Below, in pieces: positions 16,053 through 24,576 of a stretch of 32,000 nucleotides of DNA. Source of the DNA: an uncultured Planctomycetia bacterium (GTDB taxonomy: Bacteria; Omnitrophota; Gorgyraeia; Duberdicusellales; 4484-171); NCBI GenBank assembly GCA_964536865.1, contig CAZHYN010000008.1, positions 1-32,000 of the forward strand, in the 5' to 3' direction. Each line of letters opens with the position of its first letter. Positions within the stretch are counted from its first letter, which is position 1. A program made the translations under genes and the position numbers. The notes beneath the pieces are model-generated. The model ran no database searches. It was not told the DNA's origin and was given only the letters and a program-made list of their open reading frames with translations.

Positions 16053-17287
16053 AAGAAATTGCCAAAAAAGAAGGGGTATCACTTTCTCATTTAGAGAATA
16101 ATTTTAAGAAAGGGAGGATAGTGATTCCTCACAATAATAAAAGAGAAATAAAGAAAATCATTGCCATAGGTAAGGGGTTAAAAGTAAAAGTGAATACTAA
16201 CTTGGGGACTTCTACGGAGAGAAGAGAGTTCAAAGATGAATTAGAGAAGTTAGCTATAGCAGTTAAGTACGGTACAGATACAATTATGGACTTAAGTGTA
16301 GGAGGTAACTTAAGAAAAATTAGAAAAGAAATAATAAAAGCTTCTCCAGTTCCTGTTGGAAGTGTTCCTATATATGAGGTAGCTTCAGAAGTAGAGAGAA
16401 GGAGAGGAAATTTTGAAAAGATGACCAATGATGATATTTTTGCCGTTTTAGAGGAACAGGCCAAAGACGGTATAGATTTTTTTACTATTCATGCTGGGAT
16501 ATTGAGAAACTTTCTGGATATTTTGCAGAGGGAAAAGAGAACGTCGGGAATTGTAAGTAGAGGAGGAGCGATTTTAGCAAGGTGGATGTACGTAAACAAG
16601 AAAGAAAATCCTCTCTATGAGGAGTTTGATACTGTTTTAGATATTGCCAAAAAATACCGAATTACAATAAGCTTAGGGGATGCATTAAGGCCAGGAGCCA
16701 TAGCCGATTCTACTGATAAGTTACAAATATATGAACTTTTTACTCTAGCACAGCTAGTAAAAAAATGCCGAAAAAAGAATGTTCAGGTAATGGTAGAAGG
16801 TCCTGGACATATTAGGATAGATGAGATAAGGTTCAATATGTGGATAGAGAAAAAACTTTGTGATCAAGCTCCATTCTATGTTTTAGGTCCTTTAACTACC
16901 GATATAGCTTGCGGTTACGATCATATTGTTTCTGCTATAGGAGGGGCTCTAGCAGCATTATGGGGGGCAGATTTCTTATGTGTAGTAACCCCCGCTGAGC
17001 ATCTAAGACATCCCTCTGTAGAGGATGTAAAATTAGGAGTAATTGCTTCAAAGATTGCTGCTCACAGTGTAGATTTAATAAGATTTAAAGATGAATGGGA
17101 AAGGGATAAGGTGCTTTCTTTAGCAAGAGCAAAAAGAAAATGGAGAGAAGTTTTTAAATATTGTTTGGATAGAGAAAAGGCAGAAAACTATAGAGAACAA
17201 AAGAAAGTTTCTTTAGATGATATTTGTACTATGTGTGGTAAGTTTTGCTCTTTAAGGTTAATTGATAAATGTGACCTTCTAAAGTGA
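16031..17287 (+). CDS. thiC: Phosphomethylpyrimidine synthase (short form)
   Basis: The sequences NTNLGTS, DTIMDLS.GG, TIHAG, GIVSRGG, MVEGPGH and LGPL.TDIA.GYDHI are present. The C-terminal Fe-S motif is CTMCGKFCS. Confidence 0.95.
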   Translation: MFRKSILKEIAKKEGVSLSHLENNFKKGRIVIPHNNKREIKKIIAIGKGLKVKVNTNLGTSTERREFKDELEKLAIAVKYGTDTIMDLSVGGNLRKIRKEIIKASPVPVGSVPIYEVASEVERRRGNFEKMTNDDIFAVLEEQAKDGIDFFTIHAGILRNFLDILQREKRTSGIVSRGGAILARWMYVNKKENPLYEEFDTVLDIAKKYRITISLGDALRPGAIADSTDKLQIYELFTLAQLVKKCRKKNVQVMVEGPGHIRIDEIRFNMWIEKKLCDQAPFYVLGPLTTDIACGYDHIVSAIGGALAALWGADFLCVVTPAEHLRHPSVEDVKLGVIASKIAAHSVDLIRFKDEWERDKVLSLARAKRKWREVFKYCLDREKAENYREQKKVSLDDICTMCGKFCSLRLIDKCDLLK

Positions 17288-17355
17288 TTATAACTACCGC
17301 TCAGAGTTGAGAATAAAGTTTATGTTTTTTGATAGATTTTGTAAATAATACTAAT

Positions 17356-17426
17356 GCGGGCGTAGTTCAATGGTAGAACACAGGCCTTCCAAGCCTGATA
17401 TGGCGGTTCGATTCCGCTCGCCCGCT
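17356..17426 (+). tRNA. tRNA-Gly (anticodon UCC)
   Basis: A manual cloverleaf folds as follows. The acceptor is GCGGGCG/CGCCCGC. The D-arm is GTTC-aatggta-GAAC. The anticodon arm is CAGGC-cTTCCaa-GCCTG. The T-arm is GGCGG-ttcgatt-CCGCT. The discriminator is T and no CCA is encoded. Confidence 0.95.
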
Positions 17427-17684
17427 TTGTTAAGCTTATTATTCAATGCTTAAGATGAATTATTCAATGTATAGCTCTTTATTAATATCTAAAGGCATGC
17501 GGGTAAAACTAAACAGAGAATTCTTTTTAAGAATAGTTTTATCCGCTCGCCCGCTTTGTTAAGCTTATTATTCAATGCTTAAGATGAATTATTCAATGTA
17601 TAGCTCTTTATTAATATCTAAAGGCATGCGGGTAAAACTAAACAGAGAATTCTTTTTAAGAATAGTTTTATCCGCTCGCCCGTT
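17427..17684. repeat. Two tandem 129-bp direct repeats, each ending with a copy of the last 14 nt of tRNA-Gly
   Basis: Units 17427-17555 and 17556-17684 differ at a single base (the penultimate C becomes T). TCCGCTCGCCCGCT occurs at 17413-17426, 17542-17555 and 17671-17684. Confidence 0.95.
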
Positions 17685-17726
17685 TTATGTGGCAGGTTTA
17701 GATTCAGTGTTCTATATAGATAAGCC

Positions 17727-19283
17727 ATGGAAGATAAATGCATAAAATTAGCGGTAATAGAACTCACTAAGAAGAGAATTACTTCATTCTTAGAAGGTTA
17801 TCGGCAGAATATTGCTCTCTTGGGAAAGAATAAAGAAGAGGTTGCTTTTTTATTAGAAAATTTTATTTTAAATAGTAAACATTCTGATACTATACTTTTA
17901 AAAATTAACGGTTCTTATTTAGAAGGAAAAGATATATTCAAGAGTGTAGCTTATGATGTCTTGAGCCAATATTTAGATTTCCACAGTCATCTTGATAAAT
18001 TAATAATTGAAAGTAGTAGTTCTCTTCCCTTAACTGTTAACTATATAAAAGAAATATTAAAAAAGAGTAATCTCTTCTTTTTAGATATTTTAGAGCTAAT
18101 TAATAAGTTTATAAATGAAAGTAAAAAGAAATGTATTTTAATAGTAGAGGAATTTCAAGAATTGGCAGCAATATTTGAACGTTTCTACGCCGACTTTTCA
18201 AAATTTATTATTCTTCAAAGAAGATGCATGATTATTTTGACCAGTTCTAAGTTAAGAGAAGCAAAGAGGATATTAGGTACAAAGTTAAGTCTTCTTTTTG
18301 GTGGTTTTGAGATAGTTTACTTAGAAGAAGAATCTACCTTAGAAAGTTATTTATTTTTGTCTAATCTACTTAAACCTTTAACTCCAAAGCCTTATTTCAT
18401 AGGTTTCTTTCTTAACTTATTGTCTTCAAATACTATTTATTATGAAATATTTTCTAATGTGATTAAGCAGTTTTATAAAGAAAGTAATGAAGATTCGATA
18501 ATGGATATTATCGAAAATACTCTCTATGTAAGTTCTTCTTGTATTTTTCAAAAATTTATAAATAGAATTGAATTGATAAAGGAAAGGTACAGAGACTTTC
18601 GTCAACTTTTAAAACTTCTTATTCTTATAAGTGAAGGTTATATTCGTAAGAGTGATTTAGCTTTTTTTCTACATTGGGATCAAAAAACTCTTACGTTAAA
18701 GTTACAAAAGCTTATAGATTCGTCTAATCTAGAAAATTTAGGAAATATATATAAAATTTCTGATTCGTTATTTTCTTTTTGGTTATCAAAAGTTTTTAAG
18801 TTCTATTTATATTATCCTTCTAATAGAGAGAGGAGATATCTTGCTTTTAAAGAGGCTGTTTATGAGGAGATAGCCCTTTTTAAGGAAGAATTTGCTAAAG
18901 AGAAAGTGCAAAGAATTCTTAACTTGTTTTCGTCTTTTAGGGGAGATACTCTTTTAATCGGAGATGTTAGAGTCCGCCTTCCTCGTTTGGATAAGATAAG
19001 GACAATAAGTTATCCTGAGAAAAGATTTAACATATTAATAGGAGAAGGTGAAGAGATTGCTTTTGTAGGAGTTAAGGAAGACGTAACGCAAGAGAAAGAT
19101 ATTTTAGATTTTGGAAAGATTACTGATCCTATCAGAGTTAGAAATTTAAAAAAAATATTTATCTCTTTAGGTATGCTCGATAATTCTGCACGTTTGGTGG
19201 CTAAAGAGAGTAAAATCCTTCTATGGGATTCTGAAGTTATAAATAAGATATTGAAACTTTATCACAGACCAATCCTATTATGA
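17727..19283 (+). CDS. Arch_ATPase/DUF234-like protein with a degenerate Walker A (function unknown)
   Basis: This 518-aa protein has the overall layout of PF01637-type ATPases. A Walker-B-like CILIVEEFQEL is followed by ILTSS...LSLLFGGFEIVYLEE, a wHTH-like segment and a DUF234-like tail. Where GxxxxGK(T/S) is expected it reads ALLGKNKEE. Confidence 0.45.
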   Translation: MEDKCIKLAVIELTKKRITSFLEGYRQNIALLGKNKEEVAFLLENFILNSKHSDTILLKINGSYLEGKDIFKSVAYDVLSQYLDFHSHLDKLIIESSSSLPLTVNYIKEILKKSNLFFLDILELINKFINESKKKCILIVEEFQELAAIFERFYADFSKFIILQRRCMIILTSSKLREAKRILGTKLSLLFGGFEIVYLEEESTLESYLFLSNLLKPLTPKPYFIGFFLNLLSSNTIYYEIFSNVIKQFYKESNEDSIMDIIENTLYVSSSCIFQKFINRIELIKERYRDFRQLLKLLILISEGYIRKSDLAFFLHWDQKTLTLKLQKLIDSSNLENLGNIYKISDSLFSFWLSKVFKFYLYYPSNRERRYLAFKEAVYEEIALFKEEFAKEKVQRILNLFSSFRGDTLLIGDVRVRLPRLDKIRTISYPEKRFNILIGEGEEIAFVGVKEDVTQEKDILDFGKITDPIRVRNLKKIFISLGMLDNSARLVAKESKILLWDSEVINKILKLYHRPILL

Positions 19284-19780
19284 GAATTCTTGTACTTTCC
19301 GATACCCATATTCCTTTTACTGGTAGAAAGTTACCCTCAGAAGTAGTAGAGGAGGCTAAAAAGAGTAACCTGTGTATTCATGCAGGTGATTTTGTGGAAT
19401 ATTCCGTATTTGAGGAGTTGTCCTCTTATGTTAGAACTTACGGAGTATGTGGGAATATGGACAATAGTGAAGTAAGTGAGAAGTTGCCTTATCGTCAAAT
19501 TATAGAGATAGATAAAATTTGCATAGGAGTTATACATGGTAGAGGAGCACCTTATAATTTAATTTCTTTTGTTAACGATAATTTTAAAGACGTTTGGAAT
19601 AAAATTGATATTTTTATTTTTGGACATTCTCATTCTCCTCTAAATAAAAAGATAGGAGATAAAATTTATTTTAATCCAGGTTCGGTTATGGATAAATTGT
19701 TCGCTCCTTACAATTCTTATGGAATTTTAGAGATAAAAGCAGGAAAAGTTAATCCTAAGATTGTGAAATTGAATACCTAA
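19280..19780 (+). CDS. yfcE: YfcE/MJ0936-family metallophosphoesterase
   Basis: The motifs ILVLSDTH, HAGD, GNMD, IFGHSH and NPGS are present. Length is 166 aa. It has an ATGA overlap with the upstream gene. Confidence 0.8.
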   Translation: MRILVLSDTHIPFTGRKLPSEVVEEAKKSNLCIHAGDFVEYSVFEELSSYVRTYGVCGNMDNSEVSEKLPYRQIIEIDKICIGVIHGRGAPYNLISFVNDNFKDVWNKIDIFIFGHSHSPLNKKIGDKIYFNPGSVMDKLFAPYNSYGILEIKAGKVNPKIVKLNT

Positions 19781-19787
19781 CTATAAT
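19761..19787 (+). promoter_or_regulatory. Weak candidate promoter TTGTGA-N15-TATAAT just before the HIT gene
   Basis: TATAAT at 19782-19787 lies 7 nt before the ATG at 19795, and there is no SD. The 15-nt spacer is short, so the call is tentative. Confidence 0.25.
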
Positions 19788-19794
19788 TTAAGAT

Positions 19795-20286
19795 ATGAAT
19801 CGACTTTGGGCTCCTTGGAGGATAAAATATATTCAAAAAGATCTAAAGAAAAAAAGAAGATGTATCTTTTGTTATGCTTACAAAAGTAAAAAAGATAAAG
19901 ATAACTTTTTGATTTTAAGGACCCCTTACACTTTAACTATTCTTAATATTTTTCCTTATAATAACGGACATCTTATGGTTGCTCCGAGGCGTCATGTCGC
20001 TGACCTAGAAAAATTGAATAGTGAGGAATCTTTAGATCTTGTGAGGGTAATAAAGATTATGATTTCTATTTTGAGAAAAGTTTTAAAGCCTGATGGTTTT
20101 AATATAGGGATAAATATTGGAAAATCTGCAGGAGCAGGAGTAGAAAAACATCTTCATATTCACATAGTTCCTAGGTGGGTAGGAGATACTAATTTTATGT
20201 CTGTATGTAGTAATAGTAAAGTTATTTCTCAAAGTTTAAATGAGCTCTACTCTAAAATTAAGAGATGCTTACGAGAAAAGAGATAG
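19795..20286 (+). CDS. HIT family protein (Ap4A phosphorylase/GalT-like branch)
   Basis: The histidine triad is HLHIHIVPR. The N-terminus reads LWAPWR..Y, and NNGHLMV is present. Length is 163 aa. Confidence 0.85.
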   Translation: MNRLWAPWRIKYIQKDLKKKRRCIFCYAYKSKKDKDNFLILRTPYTLTILNIFPYNNGHLMVAPRRHVADLEKLNSEESLDLVRVIKIMISILRKVLKPDGFNIGINIGKSAGAGVEKHLHIHIVPRWVGDTNFMSVCSNSKVISQSLNELYSKIKRCLREKR

Positions 20287-21434
20287 AAAACTGGGAAGAA
20301 AATATGCTTGCTCCCTACGCTATGAAAAGTAGTCACTCTAAGGGACGTAAGTACAAGGAGGAAGAGCATCCTTATCGATCAATTTATCAGAGGGATAGAG
20401 ATAGAATTATTCACTGTGCAGCTTTTAGAAGATTAGAATATAAAACTCAGGTTTTCGTTTATCACGAAGGAGATTATTACCGTACTCGATTGACTCATAC
20501 CTTGGAGGTTTCTCAGATTGCTCGCACAATAAGTAAAGCCCTTAAGTTAAATGAGGATCTCACCGAAGCTATAGCCCTAGCCCACGATTTAGGTCATACT
20601 CCCTTTGGTCATGCAGTAGAAGATACTTTAGATGAGTTGATGCGTGAAGAAGGAGGATTTAATCATAATATTCAAGGGTTAAGAGTAGTGGACATTTTAG
20701 AGGAAAGATACCCTCACTTTAAAGGACTCAATCTTTCATGGGAGACTCGAGAAGGTATTCTCAAGCATTCTACAGATTTGTCTAAGAAAGATCTTTTAAG
20801 AGAGTTTTCTGAATTGGAACCAGAAACCCATCCTACTTTGGAGGCTCAAGTTATGGATGTTGCTGATGAGATTGCCTATGATAGTCACGATTTAGATGAC
20901 GGTGTAAAATCAAGAATGCTTATGCGAGAGGAGTTAAAAAACATAAAGTTATGGCGGTACAATGAAGAGAAGGTTAATAAAGAATATTCTAATCTTCCTC
21001 GTGAACTTAAAGACTATCTTATAATTAGAAATTTTATAAATTTACAGGTAACTGATCTTATCAAAAACAGTCTTAAAAATATTAAGAAGATGGGGATAAA
21101 TTCTCCTAATGATGTAAAGAAGATTCCTATACGACTAATCTCATTTAGTAAGAGTATGCAGGCAGATAGAGAAGAATTAAGACGGTTCCTTTTTGAAACT
21201 CTTTATTGTCACTGGAGAGTTTTGAGAATGTCAGATAAAGCTAAGCGGTTTATTAAAGCTCTTTTTTATGTGTATTTAAATAATCCTGAGATTATCCCTC
21301 CAAGCTTTAGAAAAAAAGTAAGAAAAGATTCCAAAGGTTTAAAGAGGATAATATGTGATTATATAGCAGGAATGACTGATCGTTATGCTTTAGAGGAATA
21401 TAAGAAATTATTCGATCCTTATGAAAGGGTATAA
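20265..21434 (+). CDS. dgt: dGTPase-like deoxyguanosinetriphosphate triphosphohydrolase family protein (HD domain)
   Basis: The sequences RSIYQRDRDRIIH..AFRRL..KTQV, RLTHTLEVSQIAR, AHDLGHTPFGH and DVADEIAYDSHDLDD are present. Length is 389 aa. Confidence 0.85.
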   Translation: MLTRKEIENWEENMLAPYAMKSSHSKGRKYKEEEHPYRSIYQRDRDRIIHCAAFRRLEYKTQVFVYHEGDYYRTRLTHTLEVSQIARTISKALKLNEDLTEAIALAHDLGHTPFGHAVEDTLDELMREEGGFNHNIQGLRVVDILEERYPHFKGLNLSWETREGILKHSTDLSKKDLLREFSELEPETHPTLEAQVMDVADEIAYDSHDLDDGVKSRMLMREELKNIKLWRYNEEKVNKEYSNLPRELKDYLIIRNFINLQVTDLIKNSLKNIKKMGINSPNDVKKIPIRLISFSKSMQADREELRRFLFETLYCHWRVLRMSDKAKRFIKALFYVYLNNPEIIPPSFRKKVRKDSKGLKRIICDYIAGMTDRYALEEYKKLFDPYERV

Positions 21435-22449
21435 ACAGATTTTTTCATCTTTCCATGCACTCTATCGATTAACAGCCTCTTTCACTAAAATTGAGGAGTT
21501 TGTTATGGGAATAGCTAAAGTGTATGCACATACTTTCAAAGCAAACACAGTAATTTTAGTTTGTAAATCTTTTAATTCCTCAAAATTGCTAAAAGTAAAA
21601 TTTTATAATGAAAGATGGAGTATCAAAAAAGGGGGACTTTCCATTTTGACTGAGAGAGAGAAGAAAATCATTGAAGGTGAAGAAGAAATTTTATTAGAGC
21701 ATAGATTGATATCTCCTTTTATATTCGTAGATACATTAGGGGCAATCTATGTTAAGAATAGAAATGCTCCCTTTACTGAGATAGAAAAAAGGTTATTTGT
21801 AGCCCTTACAGAACAAGTAGGCGTTTCTCTTAAGCTCGTTAGTTTGTTTATAGAAGAGAAGAAGAACGTACTAACTTATATTAAAGCTTTTTCTCAACTT
21901 TTAACCCAACATGTACCAACATCTTATATTCATTATAAAAGGATATCTAAACTTATAAGAGAACTAGCTAAGGATATGCATCTAACTGAAGCAGAAAGGA
22001 AATCTTTAGAATTTGCTTCTTTACTTCACGACGTAGGGAAGATAAATCTTCCTGTGAATATCCTGAAAAAACAGGAGCCTCTCACTGAAGAGGAATTTCG
22101 TATGATCACGAAACATCCACGGAGAGGTGTAGAACTCATAAAAGATTTAAAGATTTTAAAACCAGTTATTCCTATTATCTTGCATCATCATGAAAGATAC
22201 GATGGCAAAGGCTATCCTTCTAAGTTGAAGAAAGAAGAAATTCCTTTGGCTGCTCGGATACTGGCGGTGATAGACGCTTTTGATGCTATGTTTTTTGGGC
22301 GTCCTTATAAAAGGAAGATGAGTCTGGAAGAAATTGAAAGAGAATTAAAAAAGCAGGAGGGAATCCAGTTTGATCCTCGTGTAGTAGAAACTTTTCTTAA
22401 TATATTGAAAAAGAGACGGATTAGAAAATACTTGAATTCGTTAGAGTAG
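21421..22449 (+). CDS. GAF-like / HD-GYP domain protein (predicted c-di-GMP phosphodiesterase)
   Basis: The HD-GYP signatures LLHDVGK, HHHERYDGKGYP and DAFDAM are present. They follow a roughly 150-aa N-terminal sensory-like domain. Confidence 0.85.
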   Translation: MKGYKQIFSSFHALYRLTASFTKIEEFVMGIAKVYAHTFKANTVILVCKSFNSSKLLKVKFYNERWSIKKGGLSILTEREKKIIEGEEEILLEHRLISPFIFVDTLGAIYVKNRNAPFTEIEKRLFVALTEQVGVSLKLVSLFIEEKKNVLTYIKAFSQLLTQHVPTSYIHYKRISKLIRELAKDMHLTEAERKSLEFASLLHDVGKINLPVNILKKQEPLTEEEFRMITKHPRRGVELIKDLKILKPVIPIILHHHERYDGKGYPSKLKKEEIPLAARILAVIDAFDAMFFGRPYKRKMSLEEIERELKKQEGIQFDPRVVETFLNILKKRRIRKYLNSLE

Positions 22450-22459
22450 TTTCTATAAT
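22432..22459 (+). promoter_or_regulatory. Promoter TTGAAT-N16-TATAAT directly upstream of the SPOR gene start
   Basis: TTGAAT is at 22432-22437 and TATAAT at 22454-22459. The start codons TTG 22465 and ATG 22468 lie only 5 and 8 nt downstream. There is no SD. Confidence 0.45.
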
Positions 22460-22464
22460 ATAAA

Positions 22465-22989
22465 TTGATGAGAGGCGAACAATTAAAACTCTTCAATTTT
22501 CAGGAAGATAAAAGAGGAAAGTTGTCTTTTAATATATCTTTAGATACTTTGATTATTTTTCTTGTCATTATAAGTTTTGTTGTAGTTTTTTCGTATATTC
22601 TAGGTGTGGAGAAAGGTAAAAAAATATCTTTTTCTAGAAAGGAAAGAGATAATTCAGTCCTAGTTTTGAAATCAGTAAAAAATTTGCATGAAGATGCTCA
22701 GAATGTTAAAAAAAGCTTAGGAGAGCATGAAAAGATTTTAAAGAGAGAAAATGAGGAGAAAAAAATTTTATCAAGTAAATACGTGATTCAAGTAGCTACC
22801 TATAAAAATAGAGATATTGCAGAGAAAGAGAAGAAGAAGTTAGAAGAAAACGGTTACCCAGTTATTATTTCCCAAAGAGGTAACTACTTAGTAATTTTCG
22901 TAGGAGAGTATTCTACCCAAGAAGAAGCTAAGAAACACTTACGATACTTAAAAAATAGATATAAAGATTGCTTTATTAGGAGGTTATGA
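22465..22989 (+). CDS. SPOR domain protein with an N-terminal membrane anchor
   Basis: A TM helix (LIIFLVIISFVVVFSYIL) is followed by a C-terminal SPOR-like repeat, YVIQVATYKNRDIAEKEKKKLEENGYPVIIS..GNYLVIFVGEYSTQEEA. Confidence 0.75.
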   Translation: MMRGEQLKLFNFQEDKRGKLSFNISLDTLIIFLVIISFVVVFSYILGVEKGKKISFSRKERDNSVLVLKSVKNLHEDAQNVKKSLGEHEKILKRENEEKKILSSKYVIQVATYKNRDIAEKEKKKLEENGYPVIISQRGNYLVIFVGEYSTQEEAKKHLRYLKNRYKDCFIRRL

Positions 22990-23207
22990 TGGGGTTACAC
23001 TCTTCTTTAAGAAGGGCTGGGAAATCAGGTAAGTTTCGTTCGGTGTTAAAGAGAACAGAAAGAATAAAATGGCTTATGGAGAAAGGGTTATGGAAGAGTG
23101 AATCCAGAGTTTACGGTCTACCTAAAGTGAAGGTAGTAAAGTTAAAAGCAGCTAAAAAAGAGAAGCCTAAAGAAGAAAAGAAAGAAGAAGGTGAAAAGAC
23201 AAGTTAA
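22986..23207 (+). CDS. Small basic protein family (TIGR04137 as I recall)
   Basis: The sequence HSSLRRAGK...RSVLKRTERIKWLMEKGLW....VYGLPKVKV closely fits the conserved pattern of this short PVC-associated family. Length is 73 aa and the tail is very basic. Confidence 0.7.
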   Translation: MMGLHSSLRRAGKSGKFRSVLKRTERIKWLMEKGLWKSESRVYGLPKVKVVKLKAAKKEKPKEEKKEEGEKTS

Positions 23208-23962
23208 TGGTTACCAAGATAAAAAAGCTAGTTTTTCTGAAAGTAGCAATCAATCTCGTCCTATTTTTTCTTTTATTCTCAGGAATTGCCTTTCCATTTA
23301 AAGGTATAGTAAAGGAAAATGGAGTAAATGTAAGAGCAGATTCTACGGTTAATGCTCCTTCTTTAGGAAAATTATATAAAGGAGAAGTTATAGATATTGT
23401 AAGGGAAAAGTATAGTTGGTATAAGTTTAAACTACCATTAAGATTTAAATGTTATGTGGCTTCTAAATACTTAACTAAAATATCTTCTAAAGGAGCAAGA
23501 GTAATACCTTCTTCTCTTAATGTTAGAATTTCCCCTTCTTTAGAAGCTCCTATAATAGGAAGGTTAAATAAAGGTCAAGTTGTTTTGGTTTTAGGGGAGT
23601 CTGACGGATGGACACAGATAAGATGTTACCCTTATACTTGGGGTTGGGTACATAAAAAATTTATTAAAATATTACCTTCTGAGAGCCAGGAAAAGAATAA
23701 TGCTATTTCTTCTACATCTTTGCAGAAAAAAAATCAAATTGCTCTCCCACCCCCTCTAGCCAAGGGTATTTTAAAGAGACTTCCTAAAAAATTTAAAAAA
23801 TGTAAAGCTAACTATTTTCTGAAAAACGAAGGAGGAATTATTCTTCTCCAGATAAATAGCATCAATGTAGAAAACCTTATCAATAAGAAAGTAGCAATCT
23901 GGGGTAAGTCGAGAGATAATAAGTGTATATATGTAAAGGTCGAAAAAATTTTGAAGCTGTGA
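23207..23962 (+). CDS. Membrane-anchored tandem SH3 (SH3_3-like) domain protein
   Basis: A signal-anchor is followed by two repeats of the pattern GVNVRADSTVNAPSLGKLYKGEV / LNVRISPSLEAPIIGRLNKGQVV...GWTQI. Confidence 0.65.
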   Translation: MVTKIKKLVFLKVAINLVLFFLLFSGIAFPFKGIVKENGVNVRADSTVNAPSLGKLYKGEVIDIVREKYSWYKFKLPLRFKCYVASKYLTKISSKGARVIPSSLNVRISPSLEAPIIGRLNKGQVVLVLGESDGWTQIRCYPYTWGWVHKKFIKILPSESQEKNNAISSTSLQKKNQIALPPPLAKGILKRLPKKFKKCKANYFLKNEGGIILLQINSINVENLINKKVAIWGKSRDNKCIYVKVEKILKL

Positions 23963-24576
23963 TAACTCTTTTTATAATCGCTATTCTTTTCTTTTCTATA
24001 ATTATCCATGAATATGCTCATGGTTGGGTAGCTTATAGATTAGGAGATATCACCCCAAAGATTTCAGGTAGATTAACTTTAAACCCTTTAGCTCATATTG
24101 ACGTGTTTGGTACCATATTGCTTCCTATCTTTTTGTTAATTATAAGTAGAGGAGCGTTCGCCTTTGGTTATGCTAAACCAGTTCCTATAAATCCTTATAA
24201 TTTCCGTAACCCCAAAAAAGATATAATGTGGGTTGGTATTGCTGGCCCTTTGAGTAATTTTATCCTAGCTATTATCTTTATATTATTAATCAAACTCCGT
24301 CTCTTTGTAGGTTTTCTCTATGACATTTTTATATACGGAATACTTATAAATTTAATTCTGTGTATTTTTAATCTACTTCCTTTACCTCCTTTGGATGGTT
24401 CAAGAGTAGTGGCAGCTTTCCTTCCTTATAGACAGGCTCTTCAGTATTTAAAGTTAGAAATGGTAGGGTTCATCGTTATTGTGGGACTTATCTCTTTGGG
24501 ATTTTTGCATTGGTTTATCTTTCCTATTATCCGAATTATATTCTATCTTTTTAGGATAGAGTTTCCTTATTTATGA
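23923..24576 (+). CDS. Site-2 protease (M50) family membrane metalloprotease
   Basis: It has the HExxH motif (HEYAHGW), multiple TM helices and NLLPLPPLDGS. The likelier start is the in-frame GTG at 23959, which forms a GTGA overlap with the SH3 gene stop. Confidence 0.8.
   Translation: MYICKGRKNFEAVITLFIIAILFFSIIIHEYAHGWVAYRLGDITPKISGRLTLNPLAHIDVFGTILLPIFLLIISRGAFAFGYAKPVPINPYNFRNPKKDIMWVGIAGPLSNFILAIIFILLIKLRLFVGFLYDIFIYGILINLILCIFNLLPLPPLDGSRVVAAFLPYRQALQYLKLEMVGFIVIVGLISLGFLHWFIFPIIRIIFYLFRIEFPYL

Noticed and set aside
15023-17287. A TPP riboswitch expected upstream of thiE/thiC.
   Set aside because: The thi genes overlap the preceding rfaE2 gene with no intergenic space. I could find no CUGAGA...ACCUGAUCUGGAUAAUGCCAGCG-like element anywhere nearby.
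17427-17684. The tandem repeat as a CRISPR array.
   Set aside because: There are only two 129-bp units, directly abutting with no spacers. The repeat is far longer than CRISPR repeats, and no cas genes are present.
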